Source: Candidatus Altimarinota bacterium (GTDB taxonomy: Bacteria > Patescibacteriota > Gracilibacteria > UBA1369 > GCA-2718715). From it: a DNA stretch of 64,000 nucleotides. The notes beneath the pieces were generated by a model. It did not search any database, had not been told where the DNA came from, and worked only from the letters and a program-made list of their open reading frames with translations. How positions within the stretch are numbered: position 1 is the stretch's first letter; each line of letters starts with the position of its first letter. Shown piece by piece: positions 1 through 10,897 of this stretch. Both the position numbers and the translations under genes were made by a program. The stretch spans positions 544,001 to 608,000 of the forward strand of contig JBESAV010000001.1 in assembly GCA_041242255.1 (NCBI GenBank), given 5' to 3'.

Positions 1-1051
1 TATCTATAGAGTAAATTATGACAACCTCCAACAAAGACTAATCACCCAAGCTCTCACACTCTTAGGGCTTCTAGTAGGTGCCTTGTTGGTTAGTATTTTT
101 GTCGCTTACATTCTTGCACTTATTGTTACAAAACCAATTATCAAACTAAATGAAATCGTAAAAGAAATCGCAGCCGGTAACTTCGACAAAAGAGTCAAAG
201 TAAAATCCAAGGATGAAGTAGGGGAGCTAGCTGGATCTGTAAATCAAATGGCCGAAGACCTTACCAAAGCCGTTGAAGCCAAAATTTATAAATCCAGAGT
301 CGAAAAAGAGCTAGAGTTAGCACAAAAAATCCAAGAAAATCTACTTCCAAAATCAGTCCCTGAAGTTAAAGGAATCGACCTTTCTGGTCACGTAATTCCT
401 GCCACTGAGATAGGTGGTGATGTATACGATACTCTGATTGATGAAAAAGGTAATCTACTTACATATGTAGGAGACGTAACCGGTCATGGTGTTCCAGCTG
501 GGATCCTGTCTGCAATTTCCAATTCGATAATCGTCAGCCTCCACGATGGAAAGCTTATTGATATAGCCAATAACCTCAATAAGATCCTTAAAACCAAGGC
601 AACTCCAAACATGTTCATCACTGCAGCTTTCACTAGATATGAACCTTCAAAACCAGATAAACTTACATATCTTTCAGCCGGTCACGAGCAACTCATTCAT
701 TTCAAAGCCTCAACTCAAAAAGCCCAAATGCTCCCAAGCGGAGGTATTGCCCTAGGAATGTTCCCTGATGTATCGAAATTACTCAAAACTCAAGAAGTAA
801 AAGACTTCCAAGAAGGGGATGTAATCATACTTTACTCAGATGGTATTCCAGAGGCCTGGAAAAATGACACTGAAACCTTCGGCTTCGACCAATTAGTTCA
901 AAGCCTTGAGCAAAACTCCAAAGACAAGTCAGCCACCGCAGAACAAATCAGAGACGGAATCCTTAAAGACATTAAAGACTTCACAGGCGACTACGAACAG
1001 AAGGATGATATCACTATTTTAGTCATCAAGAGGGTTGACAAAAATAAGTAA
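1..1051 (+). CDS. HAMP + SpoIIE/PP2C (RsbU-like) membrane phosphatase, 5'-partial
   Basis: Frame is open from position 2 (IYRVNYDN...). It has a TM helix, a HAMP segment (DEVGELAGSVNQM) and PP2C motifs GGDVYD, GDVTGHG, YSDG, DDIT. Confidence 0.9.
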   Translation, partial: IYRVNYDNLQQRLITQALTLLGLLVGALLVSIFVAYILALIVTKPIIKLNEIVKEIAAGNFDKRVKVKSKDEVGELAGSVNQMAEDLTKAVEAKIYKSRVEKELELAQKIQENLLPKSVPEVKGIDLSGHVIPATEIGGDVYDTLIDEKGNLLTYVGDVTGHGVPAGILSAISNSIIVSLHDGKLIDIANNLNKILKTKATPNMFITAAFTRYEPSKPDKLTYLSAGHEQLIHFKASTQKAQMLPSGGIALGMFPDVSKLLKTQEVKDFQEGDVIILYSDGIPEAWKNDTETFGFDQLVQSLEQNSKDKSATAEQIRDGILKDIKDFTGDYEQKDDITILVIKRVDKNK

Positions 1052-1062
1052 AATGTTAAAGT
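1035..1062 (+). promoter_or_regulatory. sigma70-like promoter TTGACA-16-TAAAGT (TGn extended -10)
   Basis: Near-consensus hexamers 25 bp upstream of ORF 1088. Confidence 0.5.
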
Positions 1063-1087
1063 TGGTGCACAATTTTAACAAACAAAC

Positions 1088-1732
1088 ATGTCAAATAAAC
1101 CTAACGAAACAACTACAGTTGAGACAAGGTCAGTAGAAGCACCTAAATCTTCAAACACTGTTAGAAACTCCCTTATTGCAGGAGTTGGACTTACCACTTT
1201 ACTATCTGTACTAGCTTGTATAGGTGGAAAAGAAGCTATTCAAAATGGTTCATTTTCTGAAATAGCAGGGAAGATAGTTTCAGAATCAAACACTAAACCA
1301 TCTGAAAAGCATCCATGTTCTAGTATAGCTCCTGAATTTCAAGCAGTTTGCTTACAACAACATTATGCAAAAGATTCTTCAGATAATATTCTTTACGTTG
1401 GAAAAGAAGCTAAATATGAGTCTGTAGCTCCAACAACTTCTAAAATCAACCAAGTAATACTAGGTGAAGCAAAATTTGAAAGCAACAACACTGAATTATT
1501 AAAAGAAGTTAATTCAATCAAAGCCCAAATCGAAGTAATTAACTCAAAAGAAGTTAAATCCAAAGAAGATTTAGTTAAACTAAAATCTTTGATAGAAGAT
1601 CTAAAATCAAAAACTGACAAAAACCATAAAAGATCTCGAAGAAATTCAAGAAAACTTTCAAACAAAACACAGTTAGATCCAGCGAGTTTCACAATTTCAG
1701 GAACTTTCAATGGTAATGGAACTTACAACTAA
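1088..1732 (+). CDS. hypothetical membrane-anchored/lipoprotein with coiled coil
   Basis: 214 aa; hydrophobic stretch ending VLAC; Lys/Glu-rich coiled-coil C-terminal half. Confidence 0.6.
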   Translation: MSNKPNETTTVETRSVEAPKSSNTVRNSLIAGVGLTTLLSVLACIGGKEAIQNGSFSEIAGKIVSESNTKPSEKHPCSSIAPEFQAVCLQQHYAKDSSDNILYVGKEAKYESVAPTTSKINQVILGEAKFESNNTELLKEVNSIKAQIEVINSKEVKSKEDLVKLKSLIEDLKSKTDKNHKRSRRNSRKLSNKTQLDPASFTISGTFNGNGTYN

Positions 1733-1767
1733 TACAAAGTCAAAGGTCACATTTAACTCCCATATTT

Positions 1768-2235
1768 ATGAAAAATTTAGAAATATTAAGATCATCATCT
1801 CTAGCCCAATTTCCAAAGGCTATTCTCCCAATCTTACTACTAGCCCTCACAGCTTGTGAACAGAGTAGTGATAAAGCTCCTGCTGTTTTCAATTGCAATG
1901 TAAAACATGCCTGTATCACAGGAGGTTCAGTCCAAGATGGCGTAACAAACATCAATTACGGACAACCAGACCAATCCCCAGATGCTTCCCAAGAAAACAA
2001 AACTAATGAGTCTAACAATAAATGTGATGATTTAACTATTAAAGTTCAAGAACTCATAAACAAAGAGCAACAAGCAGTCCTACACAAAAAATGTAATGAA
2101 ATCTACAAGACAAAAAATACTAAAGTAGGTGGTTACGAATCAAAGTGTATTGAAATGGTTAAGCCTGTAAATCCATCTAAAAATAGTGGAGATATAAAAA
2201 ATCAAATATATAATGTTTGTGCAGAACTGTTTTAG
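1768..2235 (+). CDS. Cys-rich putative lipoprotein
   Basis: Lipobox-like LTAC after a hydrophobic signal; several further Cys residues. Confidence 0.6.
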   Translation: MKNLEILRSSSLAQFPKAILPILLLALTACEQSSDKAPAVFNCNVKHACITGGSVQDGVTNINYGQPDQSPDASQENKTNESNNKCDDLTIKVQELINKEQQAVLHKKCNEIYKTKNTKVGGYESKCIEMVKPVNPSKNSGDIKNQIYNVCAELF

Positions 2236-2285
2236 TTTACAAAATAAGCTAAATGGTTTAATATATAGAGAAATAACTTTATATC

Positions 2286-5042
2286 ATGTCATCTCCCAAC
2301 AATCTTAACAACATTCATAGGGCAGTCCATCTAGCTAAACCAGTAATTCCAGAACTAGATCAAGACATCAAAGACGCCCTGCCTGGCTTTGAGAATATCG
2401 ACAAGTATCAGAGAAACACTGTTATATCTGATACCCCTGGTTCAGTCCTAAGCGTAGATTCAGATTTAAATATCAATAGGCCTGGTTTTACCATAAACGA
2501 GGGGTCACAGTTTCAACAAGGAACAGAAACTGATTTTCTACTTAGATTAAAGCCAGAAACAATTCCTGCAGGAACTGAAGTACCATCAGGAGTTTACATT
2601 GAACCAAGTTCAAGTCTTCAGATTGCTGAAGAAATAATTCTTCCCCCAACTTATTCTCCAAACCAGAAAATTAAAGTAGAGCATAATGGTTCAACTTTCG
2701 AAGTACAACCTGGATATACTTTGCCAGTAGGGACTATTTTTAAGAATTCATTCGTTAATAATATCCCAGGGCTAAAGCTAACAGCAGATATAGAAAACCC
2801 TCCATACTTAAGAGCAGGACAGACTCTTGAAGGTCCTTTCTCATGTAATACAGCTATTGAAGCTGAAGTAGCAGGTACGCCAACGGTCATTCCTGCAAGG
2901 CAACACATACCACAAGGTACAAGTGTTACCCTTACTAAAGATTTAGTGTTACACACTGGAGACATTTTAGGTGGTAAACTTCCTTTTACTGTTAGAACAG
3001 ATAGCTTTCAAGCTACCCGTGCAGCAAGACCAACCGCCACGATTCCAGCTGGAACAAAACTTGTTGGTAAAACTCAAGTTGAAACCTCCGATTTATCTAC
3101 TTTACCATCAATAATTGGATTAAATGCTATGCCTACTGCTGACATAACAACTCAAAATCCAATTACCCTTTTCCAAAACCTATTCTTAAGTGGACAATCA
3201 GATTCAGTTTATGATTCTGATACTTACACTCAAGTTGAAAGTTTTTTCCAAAGTTTAGATAACGAAACAGGAACAATAAGTGAAACTTTAAGACTTACAA
3301 AGCTTAAAGCCATCCTACATTTACTAAGAAAACTAAAAGTTTTCAATGATAATAGTTCTACAAAATTTACAGATACAAATCTATTAGCATTTATAGCGCA
3401 TACCAGAGATACAGTTCAGCAACTAGAAGATGAATTAGGTGATTCAACAAATGCTGAGTACAACGAAGACTTTGGTGGATATGTAGAAAGAGAACAAGGG
3501 CTTAGTAAATATATTTTTCATAGGGAGAAGTCCAATGACGAAATCAAAAACGAAATTCAAGCAACTACAAACAGAGTACGCCAATCAGTAAGTTCAAGCA
3601 TAAACAACAGTCTTCAAATTTCCGATGATATCGATGCTAATCAAGCAGAGTATGAAAAATTTAAAAACGAATACGCCAAAGAAGCCCTTTCTAAAGGAAT
3701 GGATACTATTCTAGATAGATTAGATACAATTTTTGAACAATCCGTAACTGCAAGGGAAGAATACCTAAATAAAAGCATTTCTGGAAGACTACAGAAACTT
3801 GGCTCTCACTTTAAAAAGATGAGCTTCTTAAATAAAACGCTAATTTTTGCAGGTATAGGAGCCGCAGGTGTTGGAGTTGGAGCACTTACAGGTTTTAGTG
3901 GTGCGGCTATAGTAACACCACTAATTATGAAATCATACGCTGCTTACGGATTCGGTGGTTTCGCCAAAGATATGAATAAAAAATTCAGAGGCTTCCTAAA
4001 TCAAAAATCTGGAAAACTAGGTAAAGCCAATGCCGTAGAGATGGATTACTTCCTAAGATCTCTTCCAGACACAAAAGAAGGAGAGCATAAAGCAGAGTAT
4101 GACAAAAATGTAGCTTCAAACCGCCTTCAGCAAAGAAGAGCTATGAATCAAAAAGTTAAAACATCACTACAAAGTGCTAAATATAAAAGTCGAATTCAAG
4201 CTCTTAAAAATGGAGTAGAGGCAGCCGATACACCAGAAGAAAGTAGAGCAGCACTTGTAACACTCAGGTTAGCTTACACGGAAATCATTACAGAGATATT
4301 GGAAGAATTTTACACTGAACAAATCGAAGCTATGATTAAAGCTAGAAGGTTTAGAACAGTAGCTAGAGGTCTTGAGTATGGAGCCGGTGCAGGATTTGTG
4401 TATGGACTACCATTAATACCTAAAGCTATCATGGGACTCGCTGAGTACGTTCAAGGTATTGAACCACCAACCGAGTTACTAGAGAATTTATCACTCAAAG
4501 ACAGATGGGCTGTTACTAAGGACACTACAAGTAACATATTTAGTATCTTTACTGGTAATGAAGCGGTAGCAAATGATTTACCAACCGGAACTGAAACTCC
4601 TTCTACAGGAGGTCCATTCAACAAAGACGGAAGTTATACCGGACCAAGCTCTGATCCAAGCGAAGCTATTTCAAAAGCAAATTCTACTGTAAATGAAAGC
4701 ATTAGTTCAGCTGCATCTGAAGCTGCTTCACAAACAACAAGTTCAACCCTTACTGATCAATCTATCAGAGTTCCTTCTGATGAACTTGCTACCAAACTTT
4801 TCAATGGTGATAAAGATCCTGGATTAACATCTATGCTCAACATGATAGGTGGTAAAGATATTCCATACAGCCAAGCTAAGCCAATCATCGAGCAAATTGT
4901 CGCGGACAATAAAATTTCCAATCCAAACTTAATTTTTGATGGTCAGAAACTAGATTTCTCATCAAAAACTTTATCTATGCTTCAAGAAGCAACTAAAAGT
5001 TCACCTGAAGCTATCTTAGAAAACCTCAAAAAATTTAAATAA
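2286..5042 (+). CDS. large membrane protein with N-terminal PxGT beta-rich repeats and C-terminal LysM-like domain
   Basis: 918 aa; recurrent (I/L/V)PxG(T/V) motifs; Gly-rich hydrophobic segments; C-terminal IVADNKISNPNLIFDGQKLDF resembles LysM. Confidence 0.6.
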   Translation: MSSPNNLNNIHRAVHLAKPVIPELDQDIKDALPGFENIDKYQRNTVISDTPGSVLSVDSDLNINRPGFTINEGSQFQQGTETDFLLRLKPETIPAGTEVPSGVYIEPSSSLQIAEEIILPPTYSPNQKIKVEHNGSTFEVQPGYTLPVGTIFKNSFVNNIPGLKLTADIENPPYLRAGQTLEGPFSCNTAIEAEVAGTPTVIPARQHIPQGTSVTLTKDLVLHTGDILGGKLPFTVRTDSFQATRAARPTATIPAGTKLVGKTQVETSDLSTLPSIIGLNAMPTADITTQNPITLFQNLFLSGQSDSVYDSDTYTQVESFFQSLDNETGTISETLRLTKLKAILHLLRKLKVFNDNSSTKFTDTNLLAFIAHTRDTVQQLEDELGDSTNAEYNEDFGGYVEREQGLSKYIFHREKSNDEIKNEIQATTNRVRQSVSSSINNSLQISDDIDANQAEYEKFKNEYAKEALSKGMDTILDRLDTIFEQSVTAREEYLNKSISGRLQKLGSHFKKMSFLNKTLIFAGIGAAGVGVGALTGFSGAAIVTPLIMKSYAAYGFGGFAKDMNKKFRGFLNQKSGKLGKANAVEMDYFLRSLPDTKEGEHKAEYDKNVASNRLQQRRAMNQKVKTSLQSAKYKSRIQALKNGVEAADTPEESRAALVTLRLAYTEIITEILEEFYTEQIEAMIKARRFRTVARGLEYGAGAGFVYGLPLIPKAIMGLAEYVQGIEPPTELLENLSLKDRWAVTKDTTSNIFSIFTGNEAVANDLPTGTETPSTGGPFNKDGSYTGPSSDPSEAISKANSTVNESISSAASEAASQTTSSTLTDQSIRVPSDELATKLFNGDKDPGLTSMLNMIGGKDIPYSQAKPIIEQIVADNKISNPNLIFDGQKLDFSSKTLSMLQEATKSSPEAILENLKKFK

Positions 5043-5047
5043 AATCC

Positions 5048-5371
5048 ATGTCTAACATTAGTGAAAATTTTTATAAAGAATTAGGACTTCAAGATTTACC
5101 TGAAGACAAAAAAGAAGAGCTTTCAGAAAGACTAGAAACTACTTTCCAAAAGTTTTTCCTTCTAGAACTAGCCAATCTTCTTTCAGACGAAGATATTACT
5201 CATATTGAGTCTCTAGACAAACCTGAGGAAGTTGAATCTTTCTTAGAGAGTAAAAACATTGACCATGAACAAATCGGACTAGCCGTATCAGAGCAAATGC
5301 GATCTTTCATTAAAGAGCAAATGACCTATCTTCAAGGATACATTGATGGAACAATTGATAAAAACGCTTAA
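5048..5371 (+). CDS. small acidic protein, DUF5663-like (CPR)
   Basis: ELGLQDLPEDKKEEL...LLSDED pattern recalled from small CPR proteins. Confidence 0.55.
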   Translation: MSNISENFYKELGLQDLPEDKKEELSERLETTFQKFFLLELANLLSDEDITHIESLDKPEEVESFLESKNIDHEQIGLAVSEQMRSFIKEQMTYLQGYIDGTIDKNA

Positions 5372-5373
5372 CA

Positions 5374-6138
5374 ATGGAAAACGATAGCCGATTTTCACCA
5401 GATAGTTTTACCGAAAGAATCGTCCGAGGTTCCAATAAAGGCTTAAGTAAACTAGCATTATCAGCCAAAGAGCTTGTAGACCCAGTCTATACTTCCAGTA
5501 GTCGAGAATCAGCCAGATTTAAAAAGGAAATTGATGCTTTAAGATCTAATTATAAAGGGTCGTTACTAAAGACTATCGCATTGGCCCCAGAGGAACTATC
5601 ACTAGGTTTACAAAAGGCAGTTTATGGATCACTAGCAACTGCTGGATCCATAGTAAATCTACCATTCTCCATCACTGGAGAAAGAGAAAGTTGGTATAAT
5701 TACGAAATCAAAAGAGCTCAAGAGTTTACTACCAAAAGTAGTTATGCATCAGCTGTTTTATCTCAACTGTCAGAAACATTTATAGGATATGGTTGGAGAG
5801 AAGATGCTCAAAACGGACAAGCTGGTCTAGTTTCAACTATACCTTGGTTTTTCAAGTCAGTTAAAGAAGTGGGGAAAAACGCACTTAGTCTTAGACCAGT
5901 AAAAACCCTCAATTCTGGCCTAGAAGCAGTCTCAAACCTTGGTTCATTGGGAGCAAACACTGTTAAGTCAGCTCTTAGCACAATAAACACTGCTACCTTT
6001 GGTTTTGCCAAGTACCTCACCAGAGACAAGTCACAAGACCCTGAAAAGGAAGTTGAAAGCACTCCAACAGCTTCTCCCAACCAAACAACCCAACCAGAAC
6101 CAACTGAGGAAGACTTTAACCCAGGAAGTGTATTTTAA
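5374..6138 (+). CDS. hypothetical protein
   Basis: 254-aa ORF starting 2 bp after the previous stop codon. Confidence 0.65.
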   Translation: MENDSRFSPDSFTERIVRGSNKGLSKLALSAKELVDPVYTSSSRESARFKKEIDALRSNYKGSLLKTIALAPEELSLGLQKAVYGSLATAGSIVNLPFSITGERESWYNYEIKRAQEFTTKSSYASAVLSQLSETFIGYGWREDAQNGQAGLVSTIPWFFKSVKEVGKNALSLRPVKTLNSGLEAVSNLGSLGANTVKSALSTINTATFGFAKYLTRDKSQDPEKEVESTPTASPNQTTQPEPTEEDFNPGSVF

Positions 6139-6199
6139 TCACTTCATATAAAAGATCCTAAATGCTAGAATCAACCCAACTAGATTCTAACTTTTTGCT

Positions 6200-7471
6200 A
6201 TGTCTCTTACACCTCATACACATTCAAACCATTTAAACAACACTCTTCAGCAAACAGACCCAACTATCCACAAACTAATCCAAGAAGAAGAACAAAGGCA
6301 AAAAGACACCCTCCGCATGATTCCATCAGAAAATTACGCCTCAAAAGCTGTAATGGAAGCCACAGGCTCAGTTTTAACCAATAAATATTCCGAGGGATAC
6401 CCAGGAAAACGTTACTACGAAGGGCAGGGGATAGTAGACCAAGTTGAAAACCTAGCCATAGATAGAGCAAAAAAGTTATTCAACGCTGAACATGCCAACG
6501 TACAACCATATTCTGGAAGTCCTGCAAACCAAGCAGCCTTCTATGCTCTACTAGAACCAGGAAACAAGATAATGGGACTAAACCTCCTCGAAGGAGGACA
6601 CTTAACCCACGGCTGGAAGGCTAACTTCTCAGCAAGATTCTATAAATCTTCAAGCTATGGAGTCGACAAAGACTCAGAGACTTTGAATTACGACAAAATC
6701 GAAGCTCAAGTAGCCCTCGAAAAACCAGACTTAATCATAGCTGGAGCCACAGCTTACCCTAGGGAAGTAGACTTCCAAAAATTCCACCAAATTGCAAAGT
6801 CACACAATGCACTCTTACTAGCTGACATATCACACATCAATGGTCTCATAGTAGCAGGGGAGCACTCAGACCCAGTTCCATACGCTGACGTAGTAACATC
6901 AACTTCTCACAAGGCAATTAGGGGACCAAGAGGTGGGTTTATTTTAAGTAAAGCTAAGCACGCTAAAAAAATTGACAAAGCTATCATGCCGGGTAATCAA
7001 GGAGGCCCGCACAATCATACGACCGCAGCCATGGCCGTAGCATTCCACGAAGCATCCCAACCAGAGTTCAAAACTTACGCACAGCAGATCAAAGCCAATG
7101 CCAAAAGACTTTCTGAAGAACTATTAAAGCTTAACTTCTCACTCGTCACAGGCGGAACTGACAATCATCTCATCTTACTAAACACTATAAGAAGCCACGA
7201 TATACCTGGTAAAAAGTTTTCTAGAGCTCTATACCATGCAGGAATAGAAACCAACTACAACATGGTTCCTTTTGACACTCGAACCCCTATGGATCCATCT
7301 GGTGTAAGAATAGGAACACCTGCTCTAACTAGTCGCGGCATGCAGCCAAACGACATGGAACAAGTTGCAAAATTTTTCCATAAAGTTTCCCAAAATATCA
7401 ACGACGAACAAGAACTATCCGAAATCAAAAAAGAAGTTTTAGCCTTCTGCAATCATTTCCCAATTTACTAA
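6200..7471 (+). CDS. glyA: serine hydroxymethyltransferase
   Basis: Motifs MIPSENY, NKYSEGYPGKRYYEG, GGHLTHG, TSTSHKAIRGPRGG, SGVRIGTPALTSRG. Confidence 0.98.
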   Translation: MSLTPHTHSNHLNNTLQQTDPTIHKLIQEEEQRQKDTLRMIPSENYASKAVMEATGSVLTNKYSEGYPGKRYYEGQGIVDQVENLAIDRAKKLFNAEHANVQPYSGSPANQAAFYALLEPGNKIMGLNLLEGGHLTHGWKANFSARFYKSSSYGVDKDSETLNYDKIEAQVALEKPDLIIAGATAYPREVDFQKFHQIAKSHNALLLADISHINGLIVAGEHSDPVPYADVVTSTSHKAIRGPRGGFILSKAKHAKKIDKAIMPGNQGGPHNHTTAAMAVAFHEASQPEFKTYAQQIKANAKRLSEELLKLNFSLVTGGTDNHLILLNTIRSHDIPGKKFSRALYHAGIETNYNMVPFDTRTPMDPSGVRIGTPALTSRGMQPNDMEQVAKFFHKVSQNINDEQELSEIKKEVLAFCNHFPIY

Positions 7472-7477
7472 ATAAAT

Positions 7478-7503
7478 AGCCCCATACTGAATTGTGCGGG
7501 GCT
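7478..7503. terminator. hairpin between convergent glyA and ORF 7533
   Basis: agcccc...ggggct inverted repeat. Confidence 0.6.
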
Positions 7504-7532
7504 ACCCTAGAAACTACTAATAAAATCCTAAA

Positions 7533-8714
7533 TTAATTTTTAGGTTTTATTCTATGAAGGTCAGCAGTTTCAACTTCTGATTCGTATTCTGTTTCTTGGA
7601 TTTCACTTTTATCCTTCCCTCCATACAGAACTTTTATTGTCGGTTTATCTGCAAAACGCATACCATTGCTAGCTTTAGCATCTTCAGTGTCAAGACTATG
7701 TTTTACTGGATCAAATTGTTCGTATACGATATTACTTTCCAAAAGACGAACTTGCCTATCAATGTATTGGGCTAGATTAAAACTCTGATTGAATTTAATT
7801 TTTGAAATCTCATCATACAATTCTCCAAACTCCTCATTACTTGTTTCCTCAGAGCTAATTAATTTAATTAGTTTATTAACCTTAACTTGTAGCTCCCCCA
7901 ATCTTTTTAAATTCTCTTCAATAAAAGCTTCTGCTTCATAAATACCAACCTTAGCCATAAGTTCTCCCGAAGAGTTCCTTCCCCACTGAACTGCAGTAGG
8001 TCCAAAATTTACCATATCCTGTTTTGCAATCTCTTCACATTCTCTCTCCATCTCTACAGTTTCAACTTCCGAGAATCTATCAGTAGGTTCTGGATCAATT
8101 TTATCTAAAGTAGTAGACACAAACCCATCATATAGATCAATTACTGTTCCGTGTGGAGGAGTAATAAAATTATCTATAAAAGTGTACCCCACAGTACTAA
8201 CCTTAGCTTCAACATTAGAATTAATATGAGGGATTACATGTGCAATCAAATTTATAAGCTCTTTTCTATGCTGATCAAAAATTCTAAACTCTGAGTAATA
8301 TTTATGAGCCGCTTTAACCTTAGCTTCTTGGGTTTCAAAAGATCCAACCTGAAGAAATGACCTCAAACTTGTTTCATTGATATAGTTTTCAACAGTTTGA
8401 TCGACATCTAAATTTGCAATCATTTTATCGAAACACAGTCTCAAAAAAACATTAGCAAAATATTGGGGACATTCATTCACCAAATCCTTTAAAAATTTTT
8501 TATAAATACGAAACACACCTAGCTCCAGAGTTAGCTTTCTCATCAAACCTTTATCTGGACTCACTGCAGCCTCATTCAGAAATTTTACCGCTAGTTTTTT
8601 TAAAATCTCTTCCTTAGATTCCTCCTCTAGTTCATCAACTTTCGACTCATTATATTGTGGCAAAAAATTATCATTTTCATCTTCAAACCACGATTTTCCT
8701 TTTAACAATCCCAT
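7533..8714 (-). CDS. hypothetical protein
   Basis: 393-aa ORF with no recognised motif. Confidence 0.65.
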   Translation of the reverse strand: MGLLKGKSWFEDENDNFLPQYNESKVDELEEESKEEILKKLAVKFLNEAAVSPDKGLMRKLTLELGVFRIYKKFLKDLVNECPQYFANVFLRLCFDKMIANLDVDQTVENYINETSLRSFLQVGSFETQEAKVKAAHKYYSEFRIFDQHRKELINLIAHVIPHINSNVEAKVSTVGYTFIDNFITPPHGTVIDLYDGFVSTTLDKIDPEPTDRFSEVETVEMERECEEIAKQDMVNFGPTAVQWGRNSSGELMAKVGIYEAEAFIEENLKRLGELQVKVNKLIKLISSEETSNEEFGELYDEISKIKFNQSFNLAQYIDRQVRLLESNIVYEQFDPVKHSLDTEDAKASNGMRFADKPTIKVLYGGKDKSEIQETEYESEVETADLHRIKPKN

Positions 8715-8814
8715 TTTTCATAATTATAATTCTGCCACAATTATAAATACAGATTGACAAAAAAATCTACCAACTACCCTTTACAACATTAAAACTTAGT
8801 AAACTAATCACAAA

Positions 8815-9135
8815 TTAGTTTCTTTTCTTACGTTTCCTTTTTGGTTTATGGTCACTGTAAAAAAAAGAAATAGATATTTCTGGAAGATCAAACTGATCTA
8901 CAGCTTTTCGATATCTACCAACAACATTAAGACTATCAGTGCTGTCCATACCAAACTCTACAAAATTTTCTCCCAAAACCATATCTCTAGGCGTACTTGC
9001 AAGGCAGTTCAAAATTCTCGAAAAATGATCCATTTGAACATTTTCAATTCTAACTCGATTGAGCTCTACATTATCATTTGCTGCCTCAGCAATGTTTCTA
9101 TCCTCTGGACTTGGAAAATTTACTAATACACCCAT
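8815..9135 (-). CDS. hypothetical protein with basic C-terminal tail
   Basis: 106-aa ORF on the same strand as its neighbours. Confidence 0.5.
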   Translation of the reverse strand: MGVLVNFPSPEDRNIAEAANDNVELNRVRIENVQMDHFSRILNCLASTPRDMVLGENFVEFGMDSTDSLNVVGRYRKAVDQFDLPEISISFFYSDHKPKRKRKKRN

Positions 9136-9210
9136 ATAACTTTTTAATACATTATCAAATTATACCATAAAAGCTTGCTAAGCAAAATATCCATTGATTC
9201 GTCAAACCAA

Positions 9211-9528
9211 CTACACAAAGCTCAAAGAGTCAGGATCCATATAGACATTATCTCCGGTGACCTCAGATTCTACTATCTTGATATCACTTACCCTATCTCG
9301 AATCAGATCACATAGAGTCAAAACATTCTCTATATCTTGACAATAATTATCAGATACAAACTCAAATTCATAATCCATTATGCACATAACAACTTTTTGT
9401 ACTAATGGCTTCTGTCTAAGCAAAAAATCTAACTCCTGTTTATTGTTCTCAAGAAATTCTCTTAGAATACATAACCTTCCGATCCAGTCTTCTCCATATA
9501 TTTCTTTAGATTTAGTCTTCAACAACAT
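9211..9528 (-). CDS. hypothetical protein
   Basis: 105-aa ORF. Confidence 0.45.
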   Translation of the reverse strand: MLLKTKSKEIYGEDWIGRLCILREFLENNKQELDFLLRQKPLVQKVVMCIMDYEFEFVSDNYCQDIENVLTLCDLIRDRVSDIKIVESEVTGDNVYMDPDSLSFV

Positions 9529-9634
9529 TCATCATTAATTAAACCACAAAAAACTTACAGAACTAAAAACTATTAATCAAACCAAAATATAATTTTAAAA
9601 CGTTTTTATACTTTGTAAATAAGGTGGAGGAGTC

Positions 9635-10843
9635 TTACTCCTCCAGTCTATCTAGTTCAACTTCAACTTCTTCAAGCTCACCATCCCTATAATATTTCAC
9701 AATTATCTCATCACCAATTGAAAGCCCACTTACTATCTGCTGAAGTCCAACATCCTCACTTATTGATATCCCATCTACTTCAACAATCAAATCCCCAGAT
9801 TGAAGCCCAGCTTGATCAGCAGGGCCATCAGGAACAACAGCTAAAACTCGATTACTTATATCATCTTGTAGGTATGCTCCGTAGTCAGAAGGAAGGTCAA
9901 ACTCATTAGCAATTTCTGGATTCACATCAATAAACCTAACCCCCAAGAAAGGCCTAACAATTTCTCCATATTCCTCATAACTCTCCAAAACCTTCTTTAC
10001 ATCATTCACAGGGATAGCAAATCCAATCCCATTAGCTTCAGCGACAGCTGTATTCATACCAATTACTTCACCAAAAATATTAATCAATGGCCCTCCAGAG
10101 TTACCTGGGTTAATTGAAGCATCTGTTTGAATTAACCCAGAAAGTCTCGAAGCAGTTCCACCACCAAACGGCCCACCTCTTGAACCAGCCAAAATCTGCC
10201 TCCCTTTACCACTTACAATTCCTGCAGTGGTAGTGTTGTCAAACTCTGACAAAGCATTACCAATTGCCACAACTCTAGCTCCAACCCTTAATTCGTCTGA
10301 ATCACCTAAATCAGCAAAAGGTAAGTCAGTCGCTTCATCCTCCATTTCTGCATCTTCAAAAAGTTGAATCAAAGCGATGTCGTTCAGAGTATCTTTAGCC
10401 AAAACCTTTGCGTAATATTGACTTCCATCAGGTAAAAACACGCTGTATTCAGCTTCTTCGTCAGCCACCACGTGCTTATTTGTTACAGCCACACCATTCT
10501 CACTTACAATAAATCCTGTTCCTCCACCAATCTCAAGACGTTCAGTAACCACCTCCGGCTCTTCATATCTCAGTCCACCCGGTAAACCAAACAATCCAAA
10601 CGGATTTCCTCCTACATACCTCTCTAATTCTTTTGTAGCAATAATACTAACTACTGAAGGGTTAGCTTTATCAATCGCATCAATTAAAGGAGATTCTTCC
10701 ACATACTCAGTCAATATCCTAACATCCCCATCGGAACTATTAAGGTTTTCATTGAACGCATAAAAAGTTGCAGCTCCTCCAGCAGCACCAAACAGAATTG
10801 AAGAAACTAAAATCAATCCAAAATACTTAGCTTGATTCACCAT
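9635..10843 (-). CDS. htrA: HtrA/DegP-family trypsin-like serine protease with PDZ domain
   Basis: TNKHVV, DIALI, QTDASINPGNSGGPL catalytic motifs; C-terminal PDZ; N-terminal TM helix. Confidence 0.95.
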   Translation of the reverse strand: MVNQAKYFGLILVSSILFGAAGGAATFYAFNENLNSSDGDVRILTEYVEESPLIDAIDKANPSVVSIIATKELERYVGGNPFGLFGLPGGLRYEEPEVVTERLEIGGGTGFIVSENGVAVTNKHVVADEEAEYSVFLPDGSQYYAKVLAKDTLNDIALIQLFEDAEMEDEATDLPFADLGDSDELRVGARVVAIGNALSEFDNTTTAGIVSGKGRQILAGSRGGPFGGGTASRLSGLIQTDASINPGNSGGPLINIFGEVIGMNTAVAEANGIGFAIPVNDVKKVLESYEEYGEIVRPFLGVRFIDVNPEIANEFDLPSDYGAYLQDDISNRVLAVVPDGPADQAGLQSGDLIVEVDGISISEDVGLQQIVSGLSIGDEIIVKYYRDGELEEVEVELDRLEE

Positions 10844-10897
10844 TGGTAATAATTAAATCCACTTAATATTTTAAAACTTTATCCAAAAATATCAAAT

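Noticed and set aside
1062-1070. TTGGTGCAC match to the tRNA-Leu 3' end as a far att site
   Set aside because: Only 9 bp, 36 kb away, would enclose glyA and htrA, and has no recombinase-like context.
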